Shown here one piece after another: positions 1-10,135 of a DNA stretch of 64,000 nucleotides. The notes beneath the pieces were generated by a model, which searched no databases, was not told where the DNA came from, and saw only the letters and a list, made by a program, of their open reading frames with translations. Where the stretch lies: contig JALHMH010000011.1 in assembly GCA_022844165.1 (NCBI GenBank), forward strand, positions 58,028 to 122,027. The letters are read 5' to 3'. Source of the DNA: Lysobacterales bacterium. GTDB taxonomy: Bacteria; Pseudomonadota; Gammaproteobacteria; Xanthomonadales; SZUA-5. Position 1 is the stretch's first letter. The number at the start of each line of letters is the position of its first letter. Made by a program: the position numbers and the translations under genes.

Positions 1-69
1 CCCACTGCGGTGTTTCCGATTAAGATCGAAGACGGACAGGTCTGGGTGCGAGACGATCGATGGGATTGA
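1..69 (+). CDS. 3' end of a probable Rieske-type ferredoxin (partial, runs off window)
   Basis: Frame 1 reads PTAVFPIKIEDGQVWVRDDRWD*, resembling the C-terminal 'xFPVKxExGxVxV' strand of small Rieske ferredoxins; only 22 aa are visible. Confidence 0.5.
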   Translation, partial: PTAVFPIKIEDGQVWVRDDRWD

Positions 70-398
70 AGCGCGCTTCGAATCACCTGCTGCGCGACGG
101 CTGTACCGCGCTCGGTGGGGTCGCCTTGAAAGTGTGTCGATTCGGATGTGGCTCCCCCGATGTTCGAGGCTGAGTCAGGCGCGTTTGGCCGGCATGCCGG
201 TCGCGACGGCGAACGCCCGGCAGCTTGCCGCCGGGTTGGTGTGGGGTCAGCAAAAGCGAGGTGTTCCGCAACGATCATGGCCGCACAGTTTTCTTTTTTG
301 CGCATGGCTTTCAGCCATGATCGTTGTGACACGCACGCGTCCGAGCGGAGCCGGCGATGCCCGGTGGTCTTGGACGTAGCCTTGCCAGGTCTTGCGCA

Positions 399-2987
399 AT
401 GACGACGGACGCCACTGAACATATCGATATGTCGATTGCCCCAGGGGCGACGAGATTGCCGCCGACGACGATAGGCTCGTGGACATTGCTGCGGGAGATC
501 GGTCGCGGCGGAATGGGCTCGGTGTATCTTGCTGAGCGGCACGGCGCGGATTTCGAACAACGCGCAGCGCTGAAGTTGATCCGTCTGGGCTTGGACAGCA
601 AAGAAATCGTGCAGCGTTTCGCCGCTGAACGACGCATCCTGGCAAGATTGGAACATCCGAACATTGCGCGCTTGATCGATGGCGGCGTCGAGGCAGAACG
701 TCCGTTCCTGGCAATGGAGTGGATCGATGGTTTGCCGCTGCTCGACTATGCAGCGCGCGAGGCGCTTGACGTCCGCCGGCGCGTCGCTTTGTTTCTGCGA
801 TTGTGCGAGGCGGTGGCGTATGCGCACCGCATGCTCGTTGTGCATCGCGATATCAAGCCTGGCAATGTGCTGATCGATCGCCGTGGCGAGCCGAAGCTGC
901 TCGATTTCGGCATCGCCAAGCTCATGCTTCAGGATAGCGACGACGACACCTCGGCCACCGGTGCGCGCTTCTTCACCCGCGCCTACGCAGCTCCCGAACA
1001 AGTTCGCGGTGAGCCGGTGACCACGGCGACCGACATTTATTCGCTGGGCGCCGTACTGTTCGAGTTGTTGTCCGGGCAGTCGCTGCACACGTCGCGGACG
1101 ACCCGCCAAGACACGCGCGCATTGTTGTCGCATGCGCGCAACGAGGCCGGCGCGGACGGGCCGGCGAATGTCTCGCCGCGCGCATTGTCTGGCGATTTGT
1201 CGCTGGTCGTTGCCAAGGCGGTTCGCTTGGAACCGCAGCGTCGTTATCCGACGGTAGAGGCATTCGCCGAAGACCTGCGCGCGTGTCTGGAGGACCGCCC
1301 GGTGCGTGCAAGGCCTGACGGTCTTGCCTATCGAACGGCCCGGTACCTGCGTCGGCACTGGCTGGGCGTCAGCGCCAGTGTCGCCGTGCTCCTGGCGATA
1401 CTGGTGGGTGCCCTGGTGGCGCTGCATCAGGCATCGATCGCGCGCCAGCAGGCACTGCGTGCCGAGGCCGTGAGCGATTTTCTGGCCGGCATTTTTGAAA
1501 GCGCAACCCCGGACCAGGCCGGTGGCGAAGAGATCAGCGCCAGAGACTTGCTTGAAGTTGGCGCAACGCGTATCGGCACAAAGCTGCGCGCAGAACCCGC
1601 GGTGCGGGCAGAGGTATACGCCACTTTGGGAAGTGCCTACTTTTATCTCGGCGACGCGGCGCGTGCGATCGAGATGTATGAGGCGGGTCGTGCCCTGGTG
1701 ATGCCGGGAGATGGAGACGGCACACACATCCGTTTGTTGTGGGGTTTGGCGCAGGCCGAGCTGTCAGCCGGGCAGTTGAGTCTGGCGCGGACGCATATCG
1801 ACCAGGCGCGCTCGCAGGCGAAAGGGAATCCCGCCTGGTTGCTCGATATCGACTTGGTCGATAAGTCGATCCTGGGTGCCGAAGGGCGCATCGAAGCGGC
1901 ACGGAATTTGGCCACCAGCCTTTACGAGCGGTATCGAGCGACGAGCGTTGATGCTGAGGAAACGCTGTTGGCGCAGAACGATCTGGGCGTGTGGATTTTG
2001 GCCACGGGCGAGGTCGAAGAAGCTCGCAGAATCTTTGAGGACGTACTGCAAGCGCGGCGCCGCGTATCGGGACCGTCGCATCCCGAAGTGGCGACAACCT
2101 TGTACAACCTGCACCTTGCGCAATTGCGCGCCGGCGATGCCCAATCCGCTGAGGCAACAGCCAATGAGGCGTTGGTCTTGCGGCGCCGTATTTTGCCGCT
2201 CGGGCATCGCGACATTGCGCGCAGCCTGGGGGCGCTGGCGGCACTCGCCAATCGGCGCGGCGCGCATGCGCAAGCGCGGCAACTGCGCGTCGAGTCAGTC
2301 GACAGTCTGCGCGCTGCCCGTCGGCCCGATCTGTTGCTGCTGGGACAAGAACTCATCAATCTGGCGATCGATGAAATTCAATTGGCGGAACTCGATTCGG
2401 CGCGCGCGCATCTGGATGAGGCTTTGTATCGCTTGCGCGGTCTGGGCCCGGGCGATGCTCGCGTGCTCGATGCCGAACGCTATCGCGCGCTCGTGGATAT
2501 CTATCAGGAGAAGTTCGCCGCCGCAGAGTCGGCGCTAAGGACGATTGTCGCGCGCGAGGCGGCAGCGCCCGCCAGCCCGCAACGCCTGGCGACCTTGCGC
2601 TATCTGTCGCGTGCTTTGCGACTGCAAGGACGCGGTCGCGAGGCGTTGGAAGCGATCGCGCCGGCCGCGCAGTGGTTAGCTGCCGAAGGTGTTTTTTCGG
2701 CGAACGATCGCGCACGCACGGAAGCCGAACGAGCACAGGCATGGCTGGCGCAGGGCGAAACCGAGCAGGCCAGGTCGCGCCTGGATGCCGCGCGAGCAGC
2801 TTATGGCGAGTCGTCTCCGGGCGCTGCGGATGCGGCCCAGCTGATCCTGCTACAGGCCCGAATCGAACGCGCGGCAGGAAACATCAAAGAGGCCAGACAG
2901 CTCGCCGCCGATGCCATGCGTCATCTCATCGCCGCGCGCGGCGAGCGCCATCCGGATGTGGCTGAGGCGCGACGGATGCTGGAGTGA
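399..2987 (+). CDS. Hanks-type Ser/Thr protein kinase with TM helix and C-terminal TPR repeats
   Basis: GRGGMGSVY P-loop, AALK, HRDIKPGN, DFG and APE motifs; TM (WLGVSASVAVLLAILVGALVAL); TPR-like helices (HPEVATTLYNL, HRDIARSLGAL). ATG 399 preferred over 357. Confidence 0.93.
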   Translation: MTTDATEHIDMSIAPGATRLPPTTIGSWTLLREIGRGGMGSVYLAERHGADFEQRAALKLIRLGLDSKEIVQRFAAERRILARLEHPNIARLIDGGVEAERPFLAMEWIDGLPLLDYAAREALDVRRRVALFLRLCEAVAYAHRMLVVHRDIKPGNVLIDRRGEPKLLDFGIAKLMLQDSDDDTSATGARFFTRAYAAPEQVRGEPVTTATDIYSLGAVLFELLSGQSLHTSRTTRQDTRALLSHARNEAGADGPANVSPRALSGDLSLVVAKAVRLEPQRRYPTVEAFAEDLRACLEDRPVRARPDGLAYRTARYLRRHWLGVSASVAVLLAILVGALVALHQASIARQQALRAEAVSDFLAGIFESATPDQAGGEEISARDLLEVGATRIGTKLRAEPAVRAEVYATLGSAYFYLGDAARAIEMYEAGRALVMPGDGDGTHIRLLWGLAQAELSAGQLSLARTHIDQARSQAKGNPAWLLDIDLVDKSILGAEGRIEAARNLATSLYERYRATSVDAEETLLAQNDLGVWILATGEVEEARRIFEDVLQARRRVSGPSHPEVATTLYNLHLAQLRAGDAQSAEATANEALVLRRRILPLGHRDIARSLGALAALANRRGAHAQARQLRVESVDSLRAARRPDLLLLGQELINLAIDEIQLAELDSARAHLDEALYRLRGLGPGDARVLDAERYRALVDIYQEKFAAAESALRTIVAREAAAPASPQRLATLRYLSRALRLQGRGREALEAIAPAAQWLAAEGVFSANDRARTEAERAQAWLAQGETEQARSRLDAARAAYGESSPGAADAAQLILLQARIERAAGNIKEARQLAADAMRHLIAARGERHPDVAEARRMLE

Positions 2988-3037
2988 GGAAGTCTGATGT
3001 GGCGGAACGTTCGGATCATGAGCGGCCGTTAGCGGCT

Positions 3038-3247
3038 TCACCCTCCGCCCAGCGCATGAACCAGTTCGAGCTGGTCGCCATCCAGGAGGACGTGATGTGG
3101 ATGCTGGCTCTTCGGGACAATTTCCCGGTTGCACTCGATTGCGACGCGACGTTCGGCCAGGCCTTGCAAGCGGAGCAGGTCCGCCACGGTGCTTTCGGCC
3201 GGAAGATCGAGATCGCGCCCGTTCAGTCGAATGCGTATTGGGTTCAT
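3038..3247 (-). CDS. thiS: sulfur carrier protein ThiS
   Basis: 69 aa, IRLNG...VAIECNREIVPKS...GDQLELVHALGGG; ubiquitin-like with C-terminal GG. Confidence 0.92.
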   Translation of the reverse strand: MNPIRIRLNGRDLDLPAESTVADLLRLQGLAERRVAIECNREIVPKSQHPHHVLLDGDQLELVHALGGG

Positions 3248-4155
3248 CCTTCGGTCCGATTCCGCCCAGAGCGTTTGGCCATATAAAGAAAGTTGTCGGC
3301 GATGTGCAGCAAGTCGACGGCTTTGCCATCCGCACTGGGTTGAATGGATGCCACACCGCGGCTGATGGTGACGACTGGCGCGGTGGTCGCGCCAGCGTTG
3401 GCGATCCCCAGATCGAAGACGGCTTTGCCAAGTTCATCGGCCTTGGCGCGTGCACCTTCAATGGTTGTTTCGGGCAACAGACAAACGAATTCCTCTCCTC
3501 CGTAGCGCGCCAGCAAGTCGGCCGGACGACCCAGGCGCCCGCGCATTTCGCTGGCTACAGTGCGCAAGCAATCGTCGCCGGCCTGGTGCCCATAACAATC
3601 GTTGTAGGCTTTGAAGTGATCGAGATCCAGCAGGATCAGCGAGAGCGGCAGCTGGTTGCGCCGGCAACGTAACCACTCGACCTGCAATCGCTCGTCGAAC
3701 CAGCGCCGGTTGGCGACACCCGTCAGCCCATCGTTGAAGGCCATCGACCGTAACAGGTCCGCCTGACGCTTCAACGCAAGGTGCGTACGCACGCGTGCCA
3801 GCACAACCGGAGGGTTGACAGGTTTGGTGATGAAATCGACTGCGCCGACCTCAAGACCGCGCGTTTCGTCTTCCACACCGTCCTTCGCCGTCACGAAAAT
3901 CACCGGGACATCGCGTGTGGTTGGCTCGCTGCGCAAGCGCGCGCAGACTTCGAATCCATCGAGGCCCGGCATCATGACATCGAGCAACACAATATCCGGC
4001 GCCCGTCGCCGACATAGCGCCAGCGCCGACTCGCCGTCCGTCGCCATCGATACTTCGAATTCGGCCTTAAGGATCTGGTGCAGCAACTGAATGTTCGCTG
4101 GTTGGTCGTCGACCACCAGAACTCGTGCGCGCTCCGATTTAGCGATGTCGGTCAT
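3244..4155 (-). CDS. response regulator diguanylate cyclase (REC-GGDEF)
   Basis: VLVVDD...LLDVMMP receiver; DGLTGVANRR, DLDHFKAYND, RPAD I-site and GGEEF active site. Confidence 0.95.
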   Translation of the reverse strand: MTDIAKSERARVLVVDDQPANIQLLHQILKAEFEVSMATDGESALALCRRRAPDIVLLDVMMPGLDGFEVCARLRSEPTTRDVPVIFVTAKDGVEDETRGLEVGAVDFITKPVNPPVVLARVRTHLALKRQADLLRSMAFNDGLTGVANRRWFDERLQVEWLRCRRNQLPLSLILLDLDHFKAYNDCYGHQAGDDCLRTVASEMRGRLGRPADLLARYGGEEFVCLLPETTIEGARAKADELGKAVFDLGIANAGATTAPVVTISRGVASIQPSADGKAVDLLHIADNFLYMAKRSGRNRTEG

Positions 4156-4346
4156 TGGGCCTGATGTGCGGGTTGCGCGTTCGCTGTTGCAAGGGGCGTT
4201 TGGAACATTCGCGGGTGATTACACGGACAAATAGTGAATGCTGCGCGTCGATTAGTAAAGAGCGGTGTGCATCGCCTGCCGCGGGTCGCGCTGCATCATG
4301 AAATGCGCAGGTGAGGTATCGATACGAAATGTGCGCGTTGCGACGC

Positions 4347-7300
4347 TCAGGCAATGCGCCGAAGTTCCCACTCAACGCCGCGACACGCTTCAAGCGCCAT
4401 TCGAAAGTTCAGTCGCTTGAGCGCATCCTCAACGGTTCGCATGGCGCCGAGCAAAGGCGCCGGGACCTGGTCCATGAGCTCACGGAAAACATCGAGCGCC
4501 GCCATGTCGCCGTCGACCAGCGCCAGGACGAGTCGGTCCAGAGTTCTTTCGAATTCGTCCCGATCGAACTCAGCGAGCGGCACGGTCGATTGAGGCAGAT
4601 CCGCGGGTTGCAATTGGTCTGCGGCTGCCTTCAGAGCCTCCGTCGCATCGCGAAAATCGCTGCGCAATTCGCCGAGCAACCGTTGTATTTCGGTTGCCGG
4701 CTTGCGTTTGCTCAGCGCACGTTCCAAGCGCCGGGCTTTCTCTGCCAGGGCTTCAGCACCGAGCGTTGCGGCCACACCCTTGAGGGTGTGCGTTTGGGCA
4801 ATGGCTTCGGCCGTGCGTTCGGCCATGATGGCGTCGCTCAGTCGCGCCGGCGTTTCCATTTGTTCGCGGCCGAACAAGCGCGCCATTTGGGCATAGAGCG
4901 TTCGATTGCCGCCCAGACGGCGCAGCGCTTTTTCGGCATCAAGCACTGGCGTTTCTTCCTGGTCGGCGTTCGTGGTCTCGACAACGGGCGGCGGGGCACC
5001 GCGGCCGGCGAGCGCGAGCAGTGTGGCCACCAGGACATTGACATCAATGGGCTTGGCGAGGTGCGCGTTCATTCCAGCCGATCGACTTGAGGCGCGGTCT
5101 TCAGCGCTCGAGTTCGCGGTCATCGCAACAACGGGGAGTTCCTGATCGGAAAATCGCTGCCGGATCCGGCGCGTCGCTTCGTGGCCATCCATTTCCGGCA
5201 TTTGGATATCCATCAACACCGCATCGAAGCTGTGATTTTCAAGCAGCGTGAGGGCGTCTTTAGCGAGCGCAGCCGACGCCACTCGTGCACCCTCGTCGCT
5301 CAGAATTTCCGCGACCACGTGGCGGTTTATCGGATGGTCCTCGACCAACAAGATCCGCATGCCGGTCAATCTCGGTACGCCTGGCGCCGGAGCGCTGCCT
5401 GAATCCGGATGCGGAACGACTGCGCCCGGCATCGAAAGGGTCAGCGTGAAAACACTGCCCACATGCGGTTCACTTTCGACCGCCAGTTCGCCGCCCATCA
5501 ACTGCACCAATGCATAGGTGATCGGCAGGCCCAGGCCAGTGCCGCCATAGCGTCGCGTCGTCGAGCCCTCGCCCTGGTAAAAGGCCTCGAAGATGCGCGC
5601 CTGCTGCTCGCGACTGATGCCAATTCCGCTGTCTTCGACAGCAAAGACCAGTGCTTCGGGCGCAGTGCCCGGCGCGACACGAAGGCGGACCTGACCCTGT
5701 TCGGTGAACTTAATCGCGTTACCGATTAAGTTCAGGAGAATCTGGCGCAGCCGCGCTGAGTCGCCGCTCAGGCCATCGCGGGTCGATGGGTCGATATCGA
5801 ACGTCAGCCTCAGGTGCTTGTCGGAAGCGATCTCCTGAAAGACGTGTTCTAACTCCGACAGCATCGTGCGCAAGCTAAACGGCGCATGTTCGATGGACAG
5901 GCGCCCGGTTTCCAGTTTGGCGTAGTCCAGCAAGTCGTCCAGAATTGCCAACAGTGTGCGCGCCGCGCCGTCGATCTTATGCGTGTAGTCGCGCTGCGCT
6001 GCGGCTAACGAACTGCGCTCGAGCAGATGCGCCAGCCCGAGAATGGCCGTCATCGGTGTTCGAATTTCGTGACTCATGTTGGCGAGGAATTCCGAGCGCG
6101 CCCGATTGACGCGTTCGGCCAGTTGGCGCGCTTCGATCAGCCGCTGCTCGGAACGATCGCGCTCGCTCAAGTCGACCAGCATCATCAGCGTACGGGTGCC
6201 AACGCGGGCCAGATGCAGGTCGAATACGGTTTCGCTACTCCTGCGGACTTCGATCGGGTCGACCAGTTCGCTATCGGCCGTGTCCAGCAAGCTCCAACGC
6301 TGTTCGATCAATACCCGTGTCGCGCCGCCGGTTCCCAGTGCATCCAGGAGATCGGAAATGTCCTTTGCGCGCGCGGCATCTGCTCCGACATCGATCAACA
6401 TTCGGGCATTGACCAGCGACAGTTCGCGCCCTTCAAAAACCGCGAGTGGCAGGGGTAGGCGATCGATGAGTGTGCGTAAAAGCGCCTCGTTTGTCGCCAA
6501 CTCTTCGCTCGCGCGTCGAGTTTGAGTCATGTCGCGGACGATCCAGTATAAAGCTGGGCGCGCCGCGAACTCGATGGTCTGCGCAATCACTTGAACGTCG
6601 ATGGCTTCGATGCCGCGCCGGTAGCGCGTCGCAAACTCCACCTGACCTGATGCGAGCACGCGCACCAGTTGCCGGATCGTCTCGGCTGGTGAGTACTCCA
6701 GATCGCGGATGCGCATGGCCGCCAGCGCGCTGGCGTTCAGATCCAGCATCTGCAATGCGGCACGATTGAACGCCAGCGGCTTTTCAGTATCGAGATCGAC
6801 GATGATGACGCCGTCAGGCGAAAGGTCGAAGAGCGTTCGATAAAGTCGTTCCGTTGGCGCATGGTGCGAACTTGCTGGCGCGTGCAGCGGATCGCTGAAT
6901 GACAGTAAGGCGCCCGACAACTCGCCGCCATCGCGCGCGGCGGTGACCACGACGCGCAACAAATCCTCGCCCAGGCGCACGCAAGCGAGGCCTTCGCGTC
7001 GGCTGTCGACGCCCGATAGCACACGGTCGACCGAATCGTTCGCCGTCGCGTCCTCCCATTGGATCAGCTGGCGAACGTCGACGCCAAGCAGTGCTCCGGG
7101 CGCCAGCCCGATCTGCGTACTGAAGGCCGGATTGGCGAATCGAATTCGGCCGTCCAGATCCACGCCCACGAGGCCTTCTTCATTGCCCTGCAGCATGCGC
7201 TGATGAACGCTGCGCAGGCGCTTGAGTTCGGCGCGGCGCAGCGACGAAACGACGCCGACGACAATCGTCATCAGTGCCACAGCGAGCCACATGGCAGCGC

Positions 7301-8078
7301 CGAAGCTCAAGGATCGTGCGATTGCCGCACGCGTCGATGCGCCGCTGGCCCGAAGTGTGAGTACCAGCGGACGGCTCAGCGTCGGTGTGCTCGGTTCGAT
7401 GGTGCGTCGCAGGCTCGATGGCGCGCGCACCTGGGCGCCAGCGATAACGACCAGCGGCGTGTCGTCCACCGCCAGCTCGATGCCAATATCGTGTGGTCCA
7501 GGTCGCGACAGGTAGTTTTCGTCGACATGCAACACCAGCACGCCGTTGTCGATGCCCATTCCTCGGCGCGCGCGTGAAATGGCGATGCCCGAGCTGCCAA
7601 GTTCTCCCGGTACTGCGTGCAGCGACAGCTTAGCTTCGGTATCGGCGTCCGCAAGTGCTGCCCAGACCAGCGGATGATTGCCGAGTTGGGCCAACATCTG
7701 CTCGCCTCGGCTGCTGGCCAAAACCCGCCCGTTGCCGTCGAGCACCAGGACCGATCGAATGCCCGGACTCAACCCGGCAATCGTCGTCGTGATCACCAGC
7801 GCATCGTTCGGATTGGCGATCAGCGCGCGCTCCAGGCGGTCGAGCAAGCTGTTGATGTGGCTCAACTGCGCTTCGATGGATGCCGCGTGTGCGTCGGCCA
7901 TGAGCGCCAGCCGTTCGGACTCGCGTTGTGAGATATCGGCCGACTGACGAACGAAGTCGATGGCGAAACCGGCGCCGATCAGCGACAAGCCCGCCACAAT
8001 TAATGGCCACCCGGACCAATGGCCGGTGCGCAGCCAGTGATTCAGTCGTTGCCATCGGGATCGAGGCTTCGTTTCCAT
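4347..8078 (-). CDS. hybrid sensor histidine kinase (2 TM, periplasmic sensor, PAS, HisKA, HATPase, REC, Hpt)
   Basis: FLANMSHEIRTPM H-box, NLIGNAIKFT, DSGIGI, GGTGLGL, LMDIQMP receiver, HTLKGVAATLGA Hpt. Confidence 0.94.
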   Translation of the reverse strand: METKPRSRWQRLNHWLRTGHWSGWPLIVAGLSLIGAGFAIDFVRQSADISQRESERLALMADAHAASIEAQLSHINSLLDRLERALIANPNDALVITTTIAGLSPGIRSVLVLDGNGRVLASSRGEQMLAQLGNHPLVWAALADADTEAKLSLHAVPGELGSSGIAISRARRGMGIDNGVLVLHVDENYLSRPGPHDIGIELAVDDTPLVVIAGAQVRAPSSLRRTIEPSTPTLSRPLVLTLRASGASTRAAIARSLSFGAAMWLAVALMTIVVGVVSSLRRAELKRLRSVHQRMLQGNEEGLVGVDLDGRIRFANPAFSTQIGLAPGALLGVDVRQLIQWEDATANDSVDRVLSGVDSRREGLACVRLGEDLLRVVVTAARDGGELSGALLSFSDPLHAPASSHHAPTERLYRTLFDLSPDGVIIVDLDTEKPLAFNRAALQMLDLNASALAAMRIRDLEYSPAETIRQLVRVLASGQVEFATRYRRGIEAIDVQVIAQTIEFAARPALYWIVRDMTQTRRASEELATNEALLRTLIDRLPLPLAVFEGRELSLVNARMLIDVGADAARAKDISDLLDALGTGGATRVLIEQRWSLLDTADSELVDPIEVRRSSETVFDLHLARVGTRTLMMLVDLSERDRSEQRLIEARQLAERVNRARSEFLANMSHEIRTPMTAILGLAHLLERSSLAAAQRDYTHKIDGAARTLLAILDDLLDYAKLETGRLSIEHAPFSLRTMLSELEHVFQEIASDKHLRLTFDIDPSTRDGLSGDSARLRQILLNLIGNAIKFTEQGQVRLRVAPGTAPEALVFAVEDSGIGISREQQARIFEAFYQGEGSTTRRYGGTGLGLPITYALVQLMGGELAVESEPHVGSVFTLTLSMPGAVVPHPDSGSAPAPGVPRLTGMRILLVEDHPINRHVVAEILSDEGARVASAALAKDALTLLENHSFDAVLMDIQMPEMDGHEATRRIRQRFSDQELPVVAMTANSSAEDRASSRSAGMNAHLAKPIDVNVLVATLLALAGRGAPPPVVETTNADQEETPVLDAEKALRRLGGNRTLYAQMARLFGREQMETPARLSDAIMAERTAEAIAQTHTLKGVAATLGAEALAEKARRLERALSKRKPATEIQRLLGELRSDFRDATEALKAAADQLQPADLPQSTVPLAEFDRDEFERTLDRLVLALVDGDMAALDVFRELMDQVPAPLLGAMRTVEDALKRLNFRMALEACRGVEWELRRIA

Positions 8079-8273
8079 GGGTGGAGTCTAACGGCCTCGT
8101 CGATTGAACGTCCGCGCTTGAATGCCGCGCATGCGATCACGGAGTTCAGACTTCGGCACGTGCGCCACGCGCTGGCGCTGATTGCGGCTGGCGCTGTTTT
8201 TCGCTGTTTCATCCGACATCATCGCCTTCTCCGGGATAAGATGTCGCGACCTGGAAGGCCTGGAGGTGGCGCG

Positions 8274-8969
8274 ATGCGACGACCGTATTTGGTTCTGTGG
8301 GGTTTCGGGTTGTTCCTTGTGGGTTTTGCGGTCCTGGCCAACGAACCTCAGGTGAAGGCGCTCTCGCAGGCGGATGCCGCTGGCGGCATTCGGGAATCGC
8401 TCGCGCAAGGCGCCAGTGCGGCTATCGCTCAGTTAGGCCGTCAGGACGGATTCCTGAAGGATCAGGCGGTCAAGATTTTGCTGCCGAAGAATTTGCAAAA
8501 GGTGGCTGATGTGGCGCGAAAGGTCGGTGGCGGCAAGTATGTCGATGAACTCGAGATATCGATGAACCGTGCAGCGGAGAAGGCGGTGCCTGCGGCAGCC
8601 GATGTGTTCGCCAATGCAGTGCGGCAAATGACTGTTCAAGACGCGCTGAGCATCGTGCGCGGCGCCGACGATGCAGGGACTCAGTACTTTCGACGGGTGA
8701 CCGAGCAGCAACTGCTCGAAAAATTCCAGCCCATTGTGGCCCAGGCCACATCGGAGACGGGCGTCGCTAAACACGCCAGGCGTCTTACGGAAAAGGCTGG
8801 CGGTTTGGGCGGACTGCTGGGCGGCGGCAAGAACACCGACCTCGATGGCTATGTGACTCAAAAGGCCATGGATGGCCTCTTCTACTACATCGCCCAAAAG
8901 GAAAAGGACATTCGCAAGAACCCCCTCAGGCAAGGGTCGGAGTTGTTGGGCCGGGTGTTTGGTCGATAG
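8274..8969 (+). CDS. DUF4197 family secreted protein
   Basis: GGAGG RBS then ATG 8274; signal peptide; SMNRAAEKA, DLDGYVTQKAMDGLFYYIAQKEKDIRKNP and LLGRVFG typical of DUF4197. Confidence 0.85.
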   Translation: MRRPYLVLWGFGLFLVGFAVLANEPQVKALSQADAAGGIRESLAQGASAAIAQLGRQDGFLKDQAVKILLPKNLQKVADVARKVGGGKYVDELEISMNRAAEKAVPAAADVFANAVRQMTVQDALSIVRGADDAGTQYFRRVTEQQLLEKFQPIVAQATSETGVAKHARRLTEKAGGLGGLLGGGKNTDLDGYVTQKAMDGLFYYIAQKEKDIRKNPLRQGSELLGRVFGR

Positions 8970-9025
8970 GCTATGGCGAGCGCTGCCAGAGCAATTGCCG
9001 TGACGATCGTTCGCGGCAAAGCGGG

Positions 9026-10135
9026 CTAAACCCGCCGATGCGCGTGGATCGAAAGCAGGATGCCGAAAGCGGCGAGCAGCGACACTGCGGAGGTGCCGCC
9101 GTAGGAAATCAGTGGTAGCGGTACGCCCTTGACGGGCATCAATCCGGTGATCATCGCGCTGTTCACCAGTATGTAGATGAAAAAGGTCATTGCGATGGCG
9201 CCGCCGAGCAGGCGGCTGAATGTGTCCCGCGCGTTTGCTGCAATCCAGAAACTGCGGGCGATGACGAACAGGTACAGAAGCATCAGCAGCGCCACGCCAA
9301 ACCAACCGAATTCTTCGCTGAGCACAGCCAGTATAAAATCGGTGTGGCGCTCTGGCAAAAACTCCAGTTGGGATTGTGTGCCATCGGTCCAGCCTTTGCC
9401 GGTCAGGCCGCCCGAACCCACGGCGATTTGCGATTGCATGGTTTGCCAGCCGCTGCCGAGCGGATCCGCGTCCGGGTTCAAAAATTGCGTGACGCGGGCC
9501 TTTTGGTAGTCCAGCAGGAATGGCCAGGCCGCTGCCGCGCTGCCGATACCGAGCACGGCGATGGTGGCGATCCACCACCACGATATGCCAGCCAAAAAAA
9601 TGACGAACAAGCCGCTGCCGGCGACCAGCACGGCGGTTCCCAGGTCCGGTTGGCGATAGATCAGGCCAACCGGTACCGCGACCAATATCAAGGCGACCAA
9701 TACACTCTGCGGCGACGGTGGCAGTACTCGATCATGAAAGTACCAGGCGAGCATCATCGGCAAGCCAAGTTTCAAGAGCTCGGACGGTTGAAAGCGTAGC
9801 ACGCCCAGATCCAGCCAACGTTGTGCACCCTTGCCCTCGCCGAGGACCAGGACGGCCGCCAGCAAGACGATGCAGAGCGCAAAAAACCAGGGCGTCCAAC
9901 GACGCCAGGTGCCGGGCGCAATGCGCATCGCGACGAACATCATTCCGAATCCGACACCAAAGCGCAGTGCCTGTTTTACGACCATATCGGCGCTCTGGCC
10001 GCCGGCACTCCACACGACGATCAGACTCACGACGGCGAGCAGCGCCAGCGCGCCAACGAGTGGCATATCGAGACGGACTGGCAGCAGCCAGGCAAGACGG
10101 TGTCCAAGTTCGCTCCAGTTCGCCGGAAACGTCAC
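9026..10135 (-). CDS. rodA: rod shape-determining SEDS protein RodA
   Basis: GAQRWL, QPSELLK, QPDLGT, PERHTDFI, PLISYGGTS; directly follows mrdA. Confidence 0.96.
   Translation of the reverse strand: MTFPANWSELGHRLAWLLPVRLDMPLVGALALLAVVSLIVVWSAGGQSADMVVKQALRFGVGFGMMFVAMRIAPGTWRRWTPWFFALCIVLLAAVLVLGEGKGAQRWLDLGVLRFQPSELLKLGLPMMLAWYFHDRVLPPSPQSVLVALILVAVPVGLIYRQPDLGTAVLVAGSGLFVIFLAGISWWWIATIAVLGIGSAAAAWPFLLDYQKARVTQFLNPDADPLGSGWQTMQSQIAVGSGGLTGKGWTDGTQSQLEFLPERHTDFILAVLSEEFGWFGVALLMLLYLFVIARSFWIAANARDTFSRLLGGAIAMTFFIYILVNSAMITGLMPVKGVPLPLISYGGTSAVSLLAAFGILLSIHAHRRV

Noticed and set aside
83-402. Short ORFs between the ferredoxin end and the kinase
   Set aside because: No RBS or recognisable motif, and they overlap one another
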